From assembly GCF_006345805.1 (NCBI RefSeq), contig NC_042997.1, positions 67,394,001 through 67,458,000 of the forward strand: DNA of 64,000 nt. The letters are read 5' to 3'. The position numbers and the translations under genes were made by a program. Below are positions 23,910 to 36,518 of this stretch, piece after piece. The stretch is from Octopus sinensis. Its lineage: Eukaryota. The notes beneath the pieces were generated by a model. It was not told the DNA's origin. It ran no database searches and saw nothing but the letters and a program-made list of their open reading frames with translations. Every line of letters starts with the position of its first letter. The first letter of the stretch is position 1.

Positions 23910-24995
23910 TACTTTATCACCTCTGCCGTAGTGAAGGCAGAGGTATTGTTTTCAGTCATGTTTGTTTGTCCATGGACAAGATATCACAAGAACTGCTGGA
24001 TGGAGTCAGATAAAACTTTCAGAGATGTTTGGCTGCATGACAGGCATGAACTGATTAGATTTTGAGATCGATCTAGTGCCAGACAAAGATTCTGGATTAT
24101 TTGTTATATTTACTTTACTTTACATGAAGTATTACGGTCTTGTGTTGACTTTCAAGACTTTCTCTGATTATCCCCTTGGAAGCACGCTCATGGTTTCCAA
24201 AGTTTTAGTTTTGTTTCTCTAGTATTAATTTTACTCGCGTAGAAACTGATGGATTAACAAATCAAACTACATAAACAAACGGCAGCAAAACCGTTCAGAA
24301 ATTAAATAACACTGATATATTCAGTAACAATAATAAATTTAATTTATCCTCGACAATTTTTAGTTTTACCAATTTTGAATATATCACTCTTGTTGAAAAC
24401 CTCTTACCTACTTGACAATTTCATTTCTAGCTTTGCCTTGAAGGAAGCTTTACTTCTTGGACTCGTGTTAAATTTTTCACTATAGACCTTAAAGGTTGTA
24501 AAGACACTATATCAGTGGGTAGACTGAAAAAGGCCTTCATAGAGAAAACTGTTCCCACTGCAGATGACACACAGCATTACAAACATGGCCCGCACACCCA
24601 CCTTCACATTCCATGATTACCATTGGGATCAATTAGGTACCTGACAAAGACTGGATTATTTTTCCAGTTTTTTTTACTTAATTTTTTGAGAGCGGTCAGG
24701 TTTATCTTTAGTATTCTTGTTTATGAGAGCAGTTGAGTTTATTTCAGATATACACATTTTAAAAATCATCTCCAGCTAATCGTTAAGAGGGTGTTGCCTT
24801 GGCGGAGGTTTGTTTGTCCATGGACAAGATATCACAAGAACTGCTGGATGGATTCAGATGAAACTTTCAGGGATGTTTGACCACATGACAGGCATGAACT
24901 GATTAGATTTTGGGATCGATCTAGTGCCAGACAAAGATTCTAGATTATTTGTTATACTTACTTTACATGAAGTATTACTCTCTGAGTGCTCGTTT
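23910..24995 (+). mobile_element. Helentron/HINE-like non-autonomous repeat with internal duplication
   Basis: 5' hairpin cctctgcc-gtagtgaa-ggcagagg and 3' ccttggcggaggttt...ctctgagtgct. Segment ~23963-24130 is repeated at ~24811-24975. Class assignment is tentative. Confidence 0.5.
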
Positions 24996-25644
24996 TATAT
25001 TTATTTATTAAATATTCTTTAGATTAAATAAATAGTTTCCAAATGAGTAAGAAAGTTTATTTCTCTGGAAATGAAAACTAATATATATATATATATATGT
25101 ATTTGGTGTTTTCATCCAAAATAGAAATGAACACCATTCCTCCATGTGATTGGCTTGAAAAATTGTTAAGATATTAAGATATTTTTCTTAACATTGAAAC
25201 CAATGGCAGCCTTAATACACATATAAAGAAATTTTATCCACCAATGCAGTGTTGAGCACCCATTCTCATCATTCAACATTTACATATATAAATATATATA
25301 CACACTTTTTATTAGCTCTAGTTTTAATAAAAATATATCCTCTACAACATATACTGAGCACTTCTTTCTCACTTCAACATTAAGCAATATATATATAGAT
25401 ATGACAATTATATTTTTATCCCCATTGACATAAATGCTTGAATTTGGTTTGTAGTTTTTTATTGATAATAGCATTTAAAGTGTATATCTCTCACTTTAAG
25501 CAATTTTGACAAACTTGTGACTTATATAACCAATTTGTCATGTAAACCATAGGACAGCTGGATGTATGTTTGTCTCTGTGTGTGTTGTGTATTTATTTAA
25601 TTATTAATGCAAACAGTATAAAGCAAAGAAACACACTATGAAGA

Positions 25645-26420
25645 TTCTAGTGCTGTTCACAGATGACAATGCACTGTATATCCATAGCGCTGGATATATG
25701 CGGAAACTGACAGATAACTTTGCCAGAGCTGCACAACAGTTCAGCCTAAAGATTAACATCAAAAATACTGAATGCCTCTGTAATAGAACAAAACATCATT
25801 ATTAGACATGAAGGGCTGGTCTAGTGCAAAGTATTCAGATACTTAGGCAGCACTATCTCAGATAACGCATATCTGGACCAGGAAACCACATACAAAATGA
25901 ACAGAGCTTATGCCTTATTTAGCAAGTTGCAGAAGAAGCTGTGGGAAAATAGGTATAATTCTATATGGGCCAAACATAAGGTATACCAGGCTATAGTGCT
26001 TTCTTCCCTGCTGTATGGAGCTGAAACTGGGATAGTCTAATAAAGTTTAAGTAGATCAGTTACATATATGATGAGACAACTACGACAAATTATGAATATC
26101 ATTGTTTGACAAGATCAGGAATAAAGTGATCCTCTGGTGTGCTGGTCTGCCTTCTCTGATGGAAATCCTCATTGATAGAAATTTACATTGATTGGGACAT
26201 GTTCACATGATGGACAACTCCTTTACTTCCAACTATGCAGTGAGGAAAGAAACCATGGAAAGACCGAGCCTAAGATTTAAAGGAACTGCAAAAAAGTGTA
26301 TGAAATGGAAAGGAATTGAATCATAATAAATGGTAAACTCAAGTGAAAATCCAACCAGTATGGAGAAAGCTTATCAAGTCATGTCAAAGCCATGAACAGT
26401 CATAATCACAATGACTGACA
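25645..26420 (+). mobile_element. Decayed RTE-clade LINE RT C-terminal fragment
   Basis: LFTDD, FSLKINIKNTE, FRYLGSTIS and KVYQAIVLSSLLYGAET motifs with stops and frameshifts. Confidence 0.75.
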
Positions 26421-26616
26421 GATACAACCAGTACAAACAAGGATATTATTATTATCTATTAGTGCAAAAACTGCTAGTGTAGTGGTGTCTAAACCAGAAT
26501 CTGGTAATATATCTATCCCTAGAGTTCATTTAATTAACTTATCTGATAGTTTATCAACATTTATTTTATATTATCATTTATATTTCTCTCTTTTTTTTTT
26601 TGATACATGATACAGC

Positions 26617-26737
26617 ATGTCGAAAATATTTGAAACAGAATTGGAATTTTGTGAGGTATGTGGCTCGGTTTTGCCTTTACCAGGTGAGACAATGTTTATT
26701 GAATGCAAAAGATGCCAAAACAAAATCAACGTGAAAG
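26617..26737 (+). CDS. POLR1H: RNA polymerase I subunit RPA12 (ZNRD1), coding exon 1
   Basis: MSKIFETELEFCEVCGSVLPLPGETMFIECKRCQNKINVK (N-terminal zinc ribbon, FC..CGSVLPLP). Donor g|gtgag. A pyrimidine tract and CAG immediately before the ATG imply an upstream non-coding exon. Confidence 0.92.
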
Positions 26738-27554
26738 GTGAGATTTATTCAATTATATATTTGATATATTTTCATAAAACTGGTTGAATTGGTAACAGTG
26801 TAGTGGGCAATATTTGGTGTGGTGCTTGGTAACTTTGTTTTATATATGCTGCCAGGATCAGTCTTGCTTTTTATCCTTGGGGAGGCCAGTATAGTCAATT
26901 GCAGTCCCTCTCAAATTGGAACTTTGTAGCAATGTAAAACATTAACATTTCTTAAGGTCATTGCAATGAATCATTCTCATAATTATTAATGGTCTAAAAA
27001 GTGAAACAACATGCTCTCTTAAAAGCACCAAGTCTTCTAAAGCGGAATACAAATGATGTGACATTCAGTGCCAGAAGAAGTTGTTTAGTGAAAAACAGCC
27101 AACAAATTCAAAAATAGATTTGATAAATATTTGAAGAACAATTTGAGACTCCAGTTAATCATTGAAAAGTTCACTACAAACAAGTCTGGTTTTATGAGTT
27201 ACATTTTTCAGTGACGTTTTTATGCAGATCCAATTAAATTTCCCCTATGGCTTTTGTTTCTCTTATTATTGTTGTACTTGTTTTTCTTCTTTTTATCATT
27301 AGGATGTAAGGACAATGGATAGCAGACCTGATAGGGCATCACTTAAAATAGCTTGTGTTATCTAATTACTTCTTTGTGTTCAAATTCCATTGAGGTTGGC
27401 TTTGCCTTTCATTCTTACTGGGTTGAAAAAATATGCTCCAGTCAGATATTGGGTCAATTAAAGTAATTACCTTCCTCCCCAAAGTGTATGCCTTAGTGGC
27501 AAAGTTAAGAAAAATCATTATTATTAAGGTATGAGAAATCAATACTTACATTTG

Positions 27555-27840
27555 CCAGTGCCACATGAAATGCACTCGTGCCAGTGCCACATTATATGCA
27601 CTCATGCCAGTGTCACGTTATATGCACTTGTACCAGTACCACATAAATGAACCCATGCTGGTGGCACATAAAAAGCACCCAGCACATTCTGTAAAGTGGT
27701 TGGCATTAGGAAGGGCATCGAGCCATAGAAATCATGCTAAAACAGACAATTTGAGTCTGAACAGTTCTCCGACTGGCAGGCGGATCTTGTTAAACCATCC
27801 AACTCCTGCTAGCATAGAAAACAGAGGTTGAATGATGATG
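27555..27840 (+). mobile_element. Family C retroposon (RTE-type (GAT)n tail), with ~26-bp tandem units at its 5' side
   Basis: aagtggttggcattaggaagggcatc...agcatagaaaacagaggttgaatgatgatg; same family as several minus-strand copies. Confidence 0.75.
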
Positions 27841-28293
27841 TCTGTGTATGTGTGAGAGAGAGAGAAAGGGAGGGAAAGATTGTTGTCATGAACTGGAATA
27901 ACAGTAAAGCAAAACATTTGTTTACCAGCATACAATAACTATTAACCCACTAATATACTGTCTGCCTGTTAGCTTAAAAATTCCTACTTCATTAAATTAG
28001 GAAGCTGTATACCACCCCTACCAACACATCATTTTATGTTCTCTCATCTTGTCCCTGGCTAATTGAAAACAAAACAAAAACATATACCATTCATAATTGG
28101 CATGGATTGAGCAACATCAGCAATACATTTCTTCATACATCTAACTTCTGTGGTTTTCTTTTGATAATGTAATTTTTATAATTTTAATACCCATTACCTT
28201 AAAGAATTTTTCTGTAGAGAAATTAATTCTGTAGGTACAACATTGTGACTTTGATTGATTATTCCATTTTGGTGTTTTATTTTTTCTTTATAG

Positions 28294-28385
28294 AATTCCA
28301 TGGTATTGAAAATCATTCATCTCACATTTTCAAATCTTATGATGCTAGCACAAATGATAAAGAAGAGGAGCTGTCTGGTCCCACG
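28294..28385 (+). CDS. POLR1H: RPA12 coding exon 2
   Basis: tttatag| acceptor; (E)FHGIENHSSHIFKSYDASTNDKEEELSGPT; |gtagg donor; frame consistent (92 nt). Confidence 0.88.
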
Positions 28386-29139
28386 GTAGGTATATCATAG
28401 CAACTAGTCATTGTGAATGATTTAATAGCTGTTCTTTACATGGTGATTCCAAGAAGGAATACTCTGGAAAGATTTTCCATGTTCATGGGATAAACTGAAT
28501 TCAAACATTTCTCAGTAGATAATTTTGTACAACAGCAGAGCCTGTGGTACTTATTTAAGCATTGGGAGCTTATTTCTTTGTCCACCAAATACAGTCCAAT
28601 CACAGTGTCAGGATATAAACAACTGACAGTCTCTCTTCTTTTTCATCATGGCTCCAAAGACTATGTATATAGGAATGTTGTTGGCTGCAAGGTTGTGCTT
28701 TGTTTAATGTAACCTGAACCAACCAGTGGATATTCATTATTTTTGGTACCAAGAGTAATAAGGGATTGTTTGTGCTACTCCGAACAAATATCACACAAAG
28801 TATTTTTTATTTGGAAGCATCTTTTTCTTGCACACTAATGTATGTTGATGAAAGATATACATATATATGGTGGGCTCTCATACATCTTCCCTCTACCAAA
28901 TTCATCTTATAAAGTGTTGATAAAATTGCAGCTATGGCAGAAGACACTTGCCCAAGGTACTGTGCAGTGGAATCAAAACTGGAACGACATGATTGCAAGG
29001 CAAACTTCTAAACCACAATATTTTAATCTTTTGTTTTTCAGTATTTTAAACAATATCTTTGTCAGTTCTTTATGATGCTTTAATAATCTACAATAAAATT
29101 ATAGTTGTGTTGGAAATAAAATCAAGAATTTACAGGAAA

Positions 29140-29300
29140 TCATCTGTTTTTCATGCTGGCATGGGTTAGATGGTTTGACTGGGACTGATAAGCCAGGTTC
29201 CAATCTTGTTTTGGCATGGTGTCTATGGCTAGATGCCTTTCCTAATGCCAGCCACTCCAAGAGTGTAGTGGATGCCTTTTGTGTGTCACCAGCACTGGTC
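29140..29300 (-). mobile_element. Family C retroposon
   Basis: catgctggcatgggttagatgg...gatgcctttcctaatgccagccact. Confidence 0.75.
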
Positions 29301-30106
29301 ACAACTACAATTTCATTTGGCTTGATGTGTCTTAAGCACTGCAAATTGCTAAAAGTCATCACCTCTGTGAAACTCAGCATCCAAAGTTCATGCTTTGCCA
29401 CCTCGTCCCATGTCTTCCTGGTCTACCTCTTCCACAGGTTCTCTCCACATTATAAATTATGATAATTTATTAAATATTTTATTCTTATTTTGATACAAAT
29501 ATCATACATTAATGGCAAGCTGGGTCTTTGTTCTAGACTATATTCTTTGTTTAGTTGTTTCACTTCATTTGCTCTTTGTACATGTACTTTTAAGCCATGG
29601 CATAGCTGACTGCCCTAGATATACTATATGAAGACAGCTTTGGATGATGACATTATGTTAATTTATATTTCACTCTTCTTAAGAGGTGTATTATAATGTT
29701 GTATTAAATTATTCATAAGTTGATTTTGCAACCCAAATCTTCAGCCCTGTATATTTAACAAGCTTATTTCAACTTTAGTTGGTCACAACTAAATCTTCAA
29801 ATCTTCAAATCACAGGCCCACATCCAAAACCTAGTACTTCGCTTACTGGTTGGAATGTTGCCAGTTTTATGGAACTATCTCTGAATGTAAATGTACTCCA
29901 CTCTTGGATACATCATCACAGTCATAACCCTTTAGATTTTTCTTTCCTCCAAATCCCCTAAATAGTTCACTTACAACAATGTTGCAACAATACAAGAACA
30001 CTTGAAAGTAACTTCTTACCCCAACCAACTGCCTGTAAGATTACTATCTGGAAATGAAAAGATACTTTTGTCCATTCACATCCTGCAACTTCTCTCATAT
30101 TTGATC

Positions 30107-30236
30107 ACTCTGATCCCTTGGCTAAGAAGATTTCTACTAACTACACAAATTCCTGTGCAGAGGGATCTTAGCCAAGGGATTACTCTGATCCCTTGGCTAA
30201 GAAGATTTCAACTAACTACACAAATTCCTGTGCAGA
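30107..30236. repeat. 55-bp direct duplication separated by a 20-bp spacer containing an inverted copy
   Basis: Copies at 30107-30161 and 30182-30236 (1 mismatch). Spacer gggatcttagccaagggatt contains the reverse complement of atcccttggctaaga. Confidence 0.9.
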
Positions 30237-31420
30237 TAATACACTTCACACTTCCTTAATTTTTTGCATACAAGTGTCATCCACATATAACATAGGCACC
30301 CAGTGCCTGATCTTAGTTATTTTCATAAACAGATCCAAAAGTATCCTCATTGGGGACATGATAACCTAGTTATCAACAGCATAAAGCACACTAGTTACAT
30401 ATATCAAGGTAGAATCTTGTATCTCACTTTCTCTTGTCATGAATAATAGACTTTCTACAAATGCACATTATGCCCTCAAATGTATATAACATTACCAAAA
30501 CTACATCCCTAACATGTGGTTTAAAATACTTCAGCCATGATTTGTTACTAACCTTCCAAGTTTGAATAAAGCCTTAAGAGTTTTGTTCATATATTTGGGT
30601 TGGTGTTGTTGCTACACACTATCAACCAAATACAAAATTGTCATTTGGTTGATAAAGTAATATGTTCACCAACACACTCAGCATCTATCTCACAAATATA
30701 TGGTGTCCTCTTTTTGCCTCTTCTATCATTAGTAGAATGGTTTCTGCTTCTAAACTAGTTGTCACACCCTTCCACACAAGACTCATCCAACACACTCACC
30801 ACTTATCAACCCTCTTATTTCATCACCCAAGCCTCACCCTAGACACATCTGCCAGTCCTTCTTTAGAACTATACTTTGAAATTCTCTCCTTGCTCGTGTT
30901 TTTTCTCCAGATATCATACAGATGTTCCAACTAAACTACATTGACTTTACCAGTTTAGGCGAATTCACAAAAGTTATGGCCACAGTCTTTTCTCCTTTAA
31001 CTAACCATAATACTTATATAAATCAGTAGTTTGCAACCATTTCATTATCAAGGACCCCTATTATTTAAACGGATTTTCCCATGGGCTCCATGTTTCTCTC
31101 TATTCAACCAGCCAATTTTATTGACAAACTCATTTCCCTGTTTTCTCTCTTGATTGAAAGATGTATGTAACTGAATAATTATATGTAATAAAGTCATTGT
31201 ACATTTTACACTGCAACCTTTTAAAATTTTGAACATACTCTGTAGACTTTAATGGACTTCTGGTTGGGTACTCCTAATTTAGACAGGTGCACACATGTAT
31301 ATAGGGTCTAAAATTTAGCAATATAAAATTCATTTTAAAAAGAGTTCCAATCTCTTGTGGTTTGAAGATGGATTTTGCGATTTTATTAATTAAAGTTTGC
31401 TTATCTTGTATGTGTTCTAG

Positions 31421-31530
31421 GTTGAACGCAAGTGTTCAAATTGTGGCTATGAAGAAATGATATTTAAAGCTCAACAGACAAGGTCAGCAGATGAAGGTCA
31501 AACTATATTTTATACATGCAAAGAATGCAG
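31421..31530 (+). CDS. POLR1H: RPA12 coding exon 3 (TFIIS-like C-ribbon)
   Basis: VERKCSNCGYEEMIFKAQQTRSADEGQTIFYTCKEC(R), with the RSADEGQT motif; ttctag| and |gtaag junctions (110 nt). Confidence 0.95.
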
Positions 31531-31734
31531 GTAAGTTGTCTGTTAAGTTATATCTATTCATCTCTCAAGTGCTCAGTCTTGTGTATTGTTATTTAACTTT
31601 TTAATGTCATTTCATTATCAGTTTGGTATCTACTTTTCCATGTTGATACAAGTTGAATAGATATGCAATAAAAGATGTTTCCATGTGTCTCAAGTCTGTT
31701 CTGTTTGTTCATAAATCTTTCATTTGAAAACTAC

Positions 31735-31950
31735 CATTATCATGATCAACGTTTAATGTCCATTTTCCATGCTGGCATGGGTTGGGCGGCTTGAGGAGAA
31801 CTGGCAAGGCCAGGGGCTGCACTAGTTTCCATAGTCTGTTTTGGTTTGTTTCTGCAGCTGAATGCCATTCCTAATGCCAACCCATTTACAGAGTGTACTG
31901 AGTGCTTTTTACATGGCAACATTACCAGTTTTTTTATGTGATACCAGCAC
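31735..31950 (-). mobile_element. Family C retroposon
   Basis: catgatcaacgtttaatgtccattttccatgctggcatggg... match. Confidence 0.75.
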
Positions 31951-32517
31951 CTACACCAATATATATATTTTTTTTAAGTCCTAAACTATTAGAAAAGAAT
32001 GTTTACTAAATGTTTAGTGTTATAGTGTCAGAAAGAGTAGACTAAGTATCATCCTTATATGTTCAGGTTTCAAATCACATCAGGGTTGACTGCCTTTTAT
32101 ATTCTTGGAGCCTTTCATATACTGGAGTTGATTCAGTTAACTATGTCTACTAAATCCCTAATACATTTTTGACCATCCAAAAATATGAGAAATCACTATG
32201 ACATCTTGAAACAGTCTCAATGTATTACAGGAACAGACATTAGTAAAATAAGTACTATAACTACTAAGTGAAAATTAATTATTTGTATTGATCTGTTCAA
32301 CAAGTAGCCTTATGGCTGTGAAAGAAATGAATTTTTAATACATTGGTCATGTGTAGTGTTTTGATGTCTTTCATGTGCAATAATCTTTTGAGCTGAGTTC
32401 ATAAAAAAACTACCAGTAACATGCTAAAACTGAAAGTATATGCTATCTGTAACCCCATAAATCTTGGTTTTAAATCCACTGCATTTTTTGGGGGGTGGGG
32501 AAAGTTTACTTAATTAA

Positions 32518-32739
32518 CCCTTTTGATACCAGCCCAGCTCAAACTGTCTCTGGCTCTGTTGTACAAATGTCTTGTTTTCAAAAGTTCTGAATTAAAATCT
32601 TCCACTGAACCTTAGTCACGATTTATGTTCCTAATACTAGCTTAATGATAACTAAGTTATTTTACTAAATTCTTTGTTATATGTAAAATTAATTGAAAGA
32701 AACACTGAGCATCTCAACAAAAATATGGTAACAAAAGGG
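32518..32739. mobile_element. piggyBac-like MITE
   Basis: TTAA on both sides; TIR cccttttgatacc / ggtaacaaaaggg. Confidence 0.75.
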
Positions 32740-33302
32740 TTAAATATATGACTCAGTTCATTTAGTTGTTTGAAGTTGTTATCAAGAGACAGACCCATCC
32801 AGGAAAATATTTTTTCTCAAATTCACTTAATGCTCTGAAAACTGAACAAAATATTTCTCTCTGGAGTTCAGGGGACTGTTTCTGGTTCAGGGAATTAACC
32901 CTAACCTTTTTCTATTTAATACAAATACAAACAAAATTGTGTGCCAAATCAAAAGAATTTGTAGTATGATTTTACTTTCATTCATTGAATAATAAAACAT
33001 TCCTCTACATTTACTTATTTAGAGTTCATGCTTGTCTGTTCCTGAGCAAAACCTTCTCCCATAATTTTTACATCTTTTGTCCAAAAGCTAAGAATTAGGT
33101 CCTGTAAAATTTAGATAATAAAATAGACTATCAGAATTTTGATTCTTGGAATTTTTCAGTACATTAAACTGGAATTAAAATTTAGTAAATGTATTCAGTT
33201 TATATAGTTCTTTGATTATTTGTATCTTTATTCATTTCTTTCAATTAACTGATTTATATATTTCTTCCATTTAAATAATATTTCTATTTTTATTTGTTAC
33301 AG

Positions 33303-33327
33303 ACATCAAGAAATCGAGTATTCCTGA
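33303..33327 (+). CDS. POLR1H: RPA12 final coding exon
   Basis: ttacag| acceptor; (R)HQEIEYS*. The four exons total 348 nt (115 aa + stop). Confidence 0.85.
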
Positions 33328-34494
33328 AATTCTGGTTATTGGATACATAATGAAAATGAAAATGTGATTTGGCACAACCATTTTATAGGACTGACTGATT
33401 ATAAAAAACTGATAACATTCACTAGTTATCATTTAAAATTGAATTTCAAGACATTTTGTAAATATGTGTGTATATGAGTTATTTTATAGAAATATAATCT
33501 ATTTTAAATACTGAATATGAGGTTTTGTATCAAGTTTTCTAATTACTGTGTCATGGTATATGTATGCCATACTTTTTGAGTGTAATTATGTCGTTAGTTT
33601 TAACAAAGGACATCTAACTGTATAAATACCTGCTCTAAATGGAGTAATTCTCACCAATCTTTTGAATCCTTTTTGTTTATTTTTTTTCACCAGAGACATA
33701 ATACCAGTTACAGGATACAAGCACTCAGACATTAGACATTTGGCCATTGTAGTATCAGCTTAGCTGGCTAATAATTTTCATACTGGAAAACGTTATTTGA
33801 AACCATTTAGTGGCAAATAGGAATATGATCATTTGTGAACTAAATAAGTACATTAGGCAATGATTGTGAAAGATATGTGGAGGTCAGAGAGAGTGAGTAA
33901 AAATGAGTTTTATGTGCAACATTAAAAGCCTTTGAATAGAAGTGATATATGAAGGAGAGGTGGGTGTGCAAGTATTATTTCATTTTGTTTTCTATCATTA
34001 TTTGTGAACATTAATATTACTGGTTACATGTTTCCAATGAGCCAGTTGCTGGTTCAGAATAGTTCTGACACCATAACTAATAAAGAAATGTCTTTAACTA
34101 GGTGCAAACTACTTCTTTTGAAGAGCACTGGGATTTTCCCTTTCCTACAGTATCTATTACAATATATACTTGCTCTAAAGTGTATCTATTCTATTTAGTG
34201 GAGTAAAAGAAACCTGGACTAATTCTGTATTTGATCTATGTTCTGCATTAAAATTTTGCTATGGTATGGTAACTTTGCCTAACATCTTTGGAGTTGATAA
34301 AAATAATTGTCAAGTTTTTTTTTTTATTTAATTGGAGTGCTCCTCTTTTAAAATCTTCAAATTTATGTTTTTATGTTGTTCTCATAAATCCATTTGTTAA
34401 TACAAGTTTTAAACAAGCTCCAGAAGACACAATGTATATAAATTAGTAGGCCTGAAATGCATTTTGTACTATATCTTCTGTGGGTCCATGATCC

Positions 34495-34730
34495 TCATCA
34501 TCAGCCTTTAACTTCCATTTTCCATAATGTTATAGGTTGGACAGTTTGACCAGAGCTGGCAAACTGGGAAGCTGCAACAAGTTTCAGTTAGATTTGGCTT
34601 GGTTTCTATGACTAGATGCCCTTCTTAACTCCAACCATTTTACAGTGTGTGCTGGGTGCTTTTAACGTGGCATTGGCACAAGGACTTTTACATCACACCA
34701 GCATGAGTGCTTTTTGTGTGACACCAGCAT
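34495..34730 (-). mobile_element. Family C retroposon
   Basis: catcatcag...gatgcccttcttaactccaaccattttacagtgtg. Confidence 0.65.
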
Positions 34731-35879
34731 GAGCAAAATTAATTTCAGAAAGTTGGTAGATCTGTATTTGTGTTCCTGGAACAGTGTTTCATTGCTTTAT
34801 GTCATGTATGAATGCACAAGACAACTAGAATTATGTGTTACTTACATGTATTATGAGTTTCATGCCTAAGGTTTCCAATGTAAGATATGGTCAACTTAAT
34901 TTGGCTCGGAAAGTTTCTTTGTATTTGTTTGAAAATTGGAATAATATCCTTGTTTTGTTGGGGACAATTTACAGTCAACTACTTCAAGGTATTTGAAACT
35001 GAAAATGTAGTAGTTTTATGAGATACTTAGTAGAAACTATAAATTTGCCAATTCTTACAGAATCATATCTATGGTATAGTTCTCTCTATCTATCTATCTT
35101 TTGAAGGAACATTAGCTTCAAGTTGGAAAAATATCAAATGAAACAATCATACAGTTTTAATTTTCACTGCATGACATCTTGAGTATGTGTCTTCTACCAT
35201 AGCATCATGTTGACTAAAGACTTGTGAGTGAAATCTGTTGAATATAAACATATATGTTGAGATATGTCAAGTTTATGGAGGCAATGTGACTTACAGAAAA
35301 TACCAATTCTCTTTTTAGGCAGTTATTTAACATCAATATTAGAATAACCATGAAATTTTATTTTAGACTTAAAGGGTTAAGTCTTTCTCCATGGAACTGG
35401 TTAATGACGGATGATTTTGAGTTACCTTACTATACACGCACACTCTCTCTTGGTTAAACGTTCCTATGTCAGTGAAACCTTATAACCATGTTTTGTTCTT
35501 TGTTTTTTATTTCTACTTTCTGACCCTCTGAATGTTTTAAATTTCTGCCAGTCTAACAAACTTACTTGACGTATCTAACCTCGCTTTCTTCTGATTCCCT
35601 GTCTTCTAAACTGTAATAATTAAAGTTAATTATTAATCTTAATTCCAGTTTTCCCCAATGCTGTATGGTATGAGAGTGTTAAAAAGTTCTGTTACTGTAT
35701 ATCTTTAGAATACAAAATAATAATCATTATTGTGAAGACATAAAATTCAGTGTAATATTTTTTATTTCTTGAATTTTCAATAAATAATAAGAATTATTAT
35801 TATTATTATTGATAAAATGAAAGCAAAAATATTTTTCATTCTGTCAATATGCAGCAAGCTATATAAAACTTCTATAATC

Positions 35880-36443
35880 CTTATTTGTACGTTTTCAATA
35901 TGGCGTCGCACATAGACTGACGGTGATAATTTCATTATCAATGTTAACATGTATATCTATGGTAAGCAATTGCTTGTTACTTCCGGCCCTGCGCATTTCT
36001 GAGCCACGTCATAACGATTCAGTCGTCTGAGACCAATATATATGTGACAATCATTGACTTTGCAGTCAGTTTTCTTTCTCTCTCTCCTATCTTTTGTATT
36101 CTGCAAGCTTCATGTTGACATTTTTTTCAAATTAACTACGTAAAAAGAAAGGGGAAAAGAGCAACAGAAAATTGATTGAAGGCTATTATTATGTTTCCTG
36201 GAACATTTCACTTGTCAAAGACTAAGCAGCTGGAGAGGCGTTGCGACGGATTCTGACAATAACAAGCAGCGAATTGCCAGTTTTCGGTCGTCTACATGTA
36301 ATTATCCAACACATACACACACACATACTCACGTAGACTTACACATTTATCTGCATATTGACCGTAATTACACGTGTAGCTTGTAACAGCTATTTAAATA
36401 CACCCTCTTTGGTTATATAGATCTACATCAAATAAAAGCCGAA
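35880..36443 (+). promoter_or_regulatory. Putative SEC22B promoter / 5' UTR
   Basis: Abrupt CpG-rich segment with aatatggcg (YY1-like, 35897), acttccgg (ETS, 35979-35986), tgcgca (35990) and ccacgtca (36004-36011). Confidence 0.6.
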
Positions 36444-36518
36444 ATGATTCTCATGACGATGATTGCACGTGTGGCCGACGGTCTGCCTTTGGCAGCGTCG
36501 GTCCAAGAAGATGAACAG
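36444..36518 (+). CDS. SEC22B: Vesicle-trafficking R-SNARE SEC22b, exon 1
   Basis: [25 protein letters not shown]; cag|gttgg donor; 75 nt. Confidence 0.95.

Noticed and set aside
27550-27670. Five ~26-bp tandem units (tgccagtgccacat...gcactc) superficially like a CRISPR array
   Set aside because: No unique spacers, eukaryotic context, no cas genes; part of the family C retroposon.
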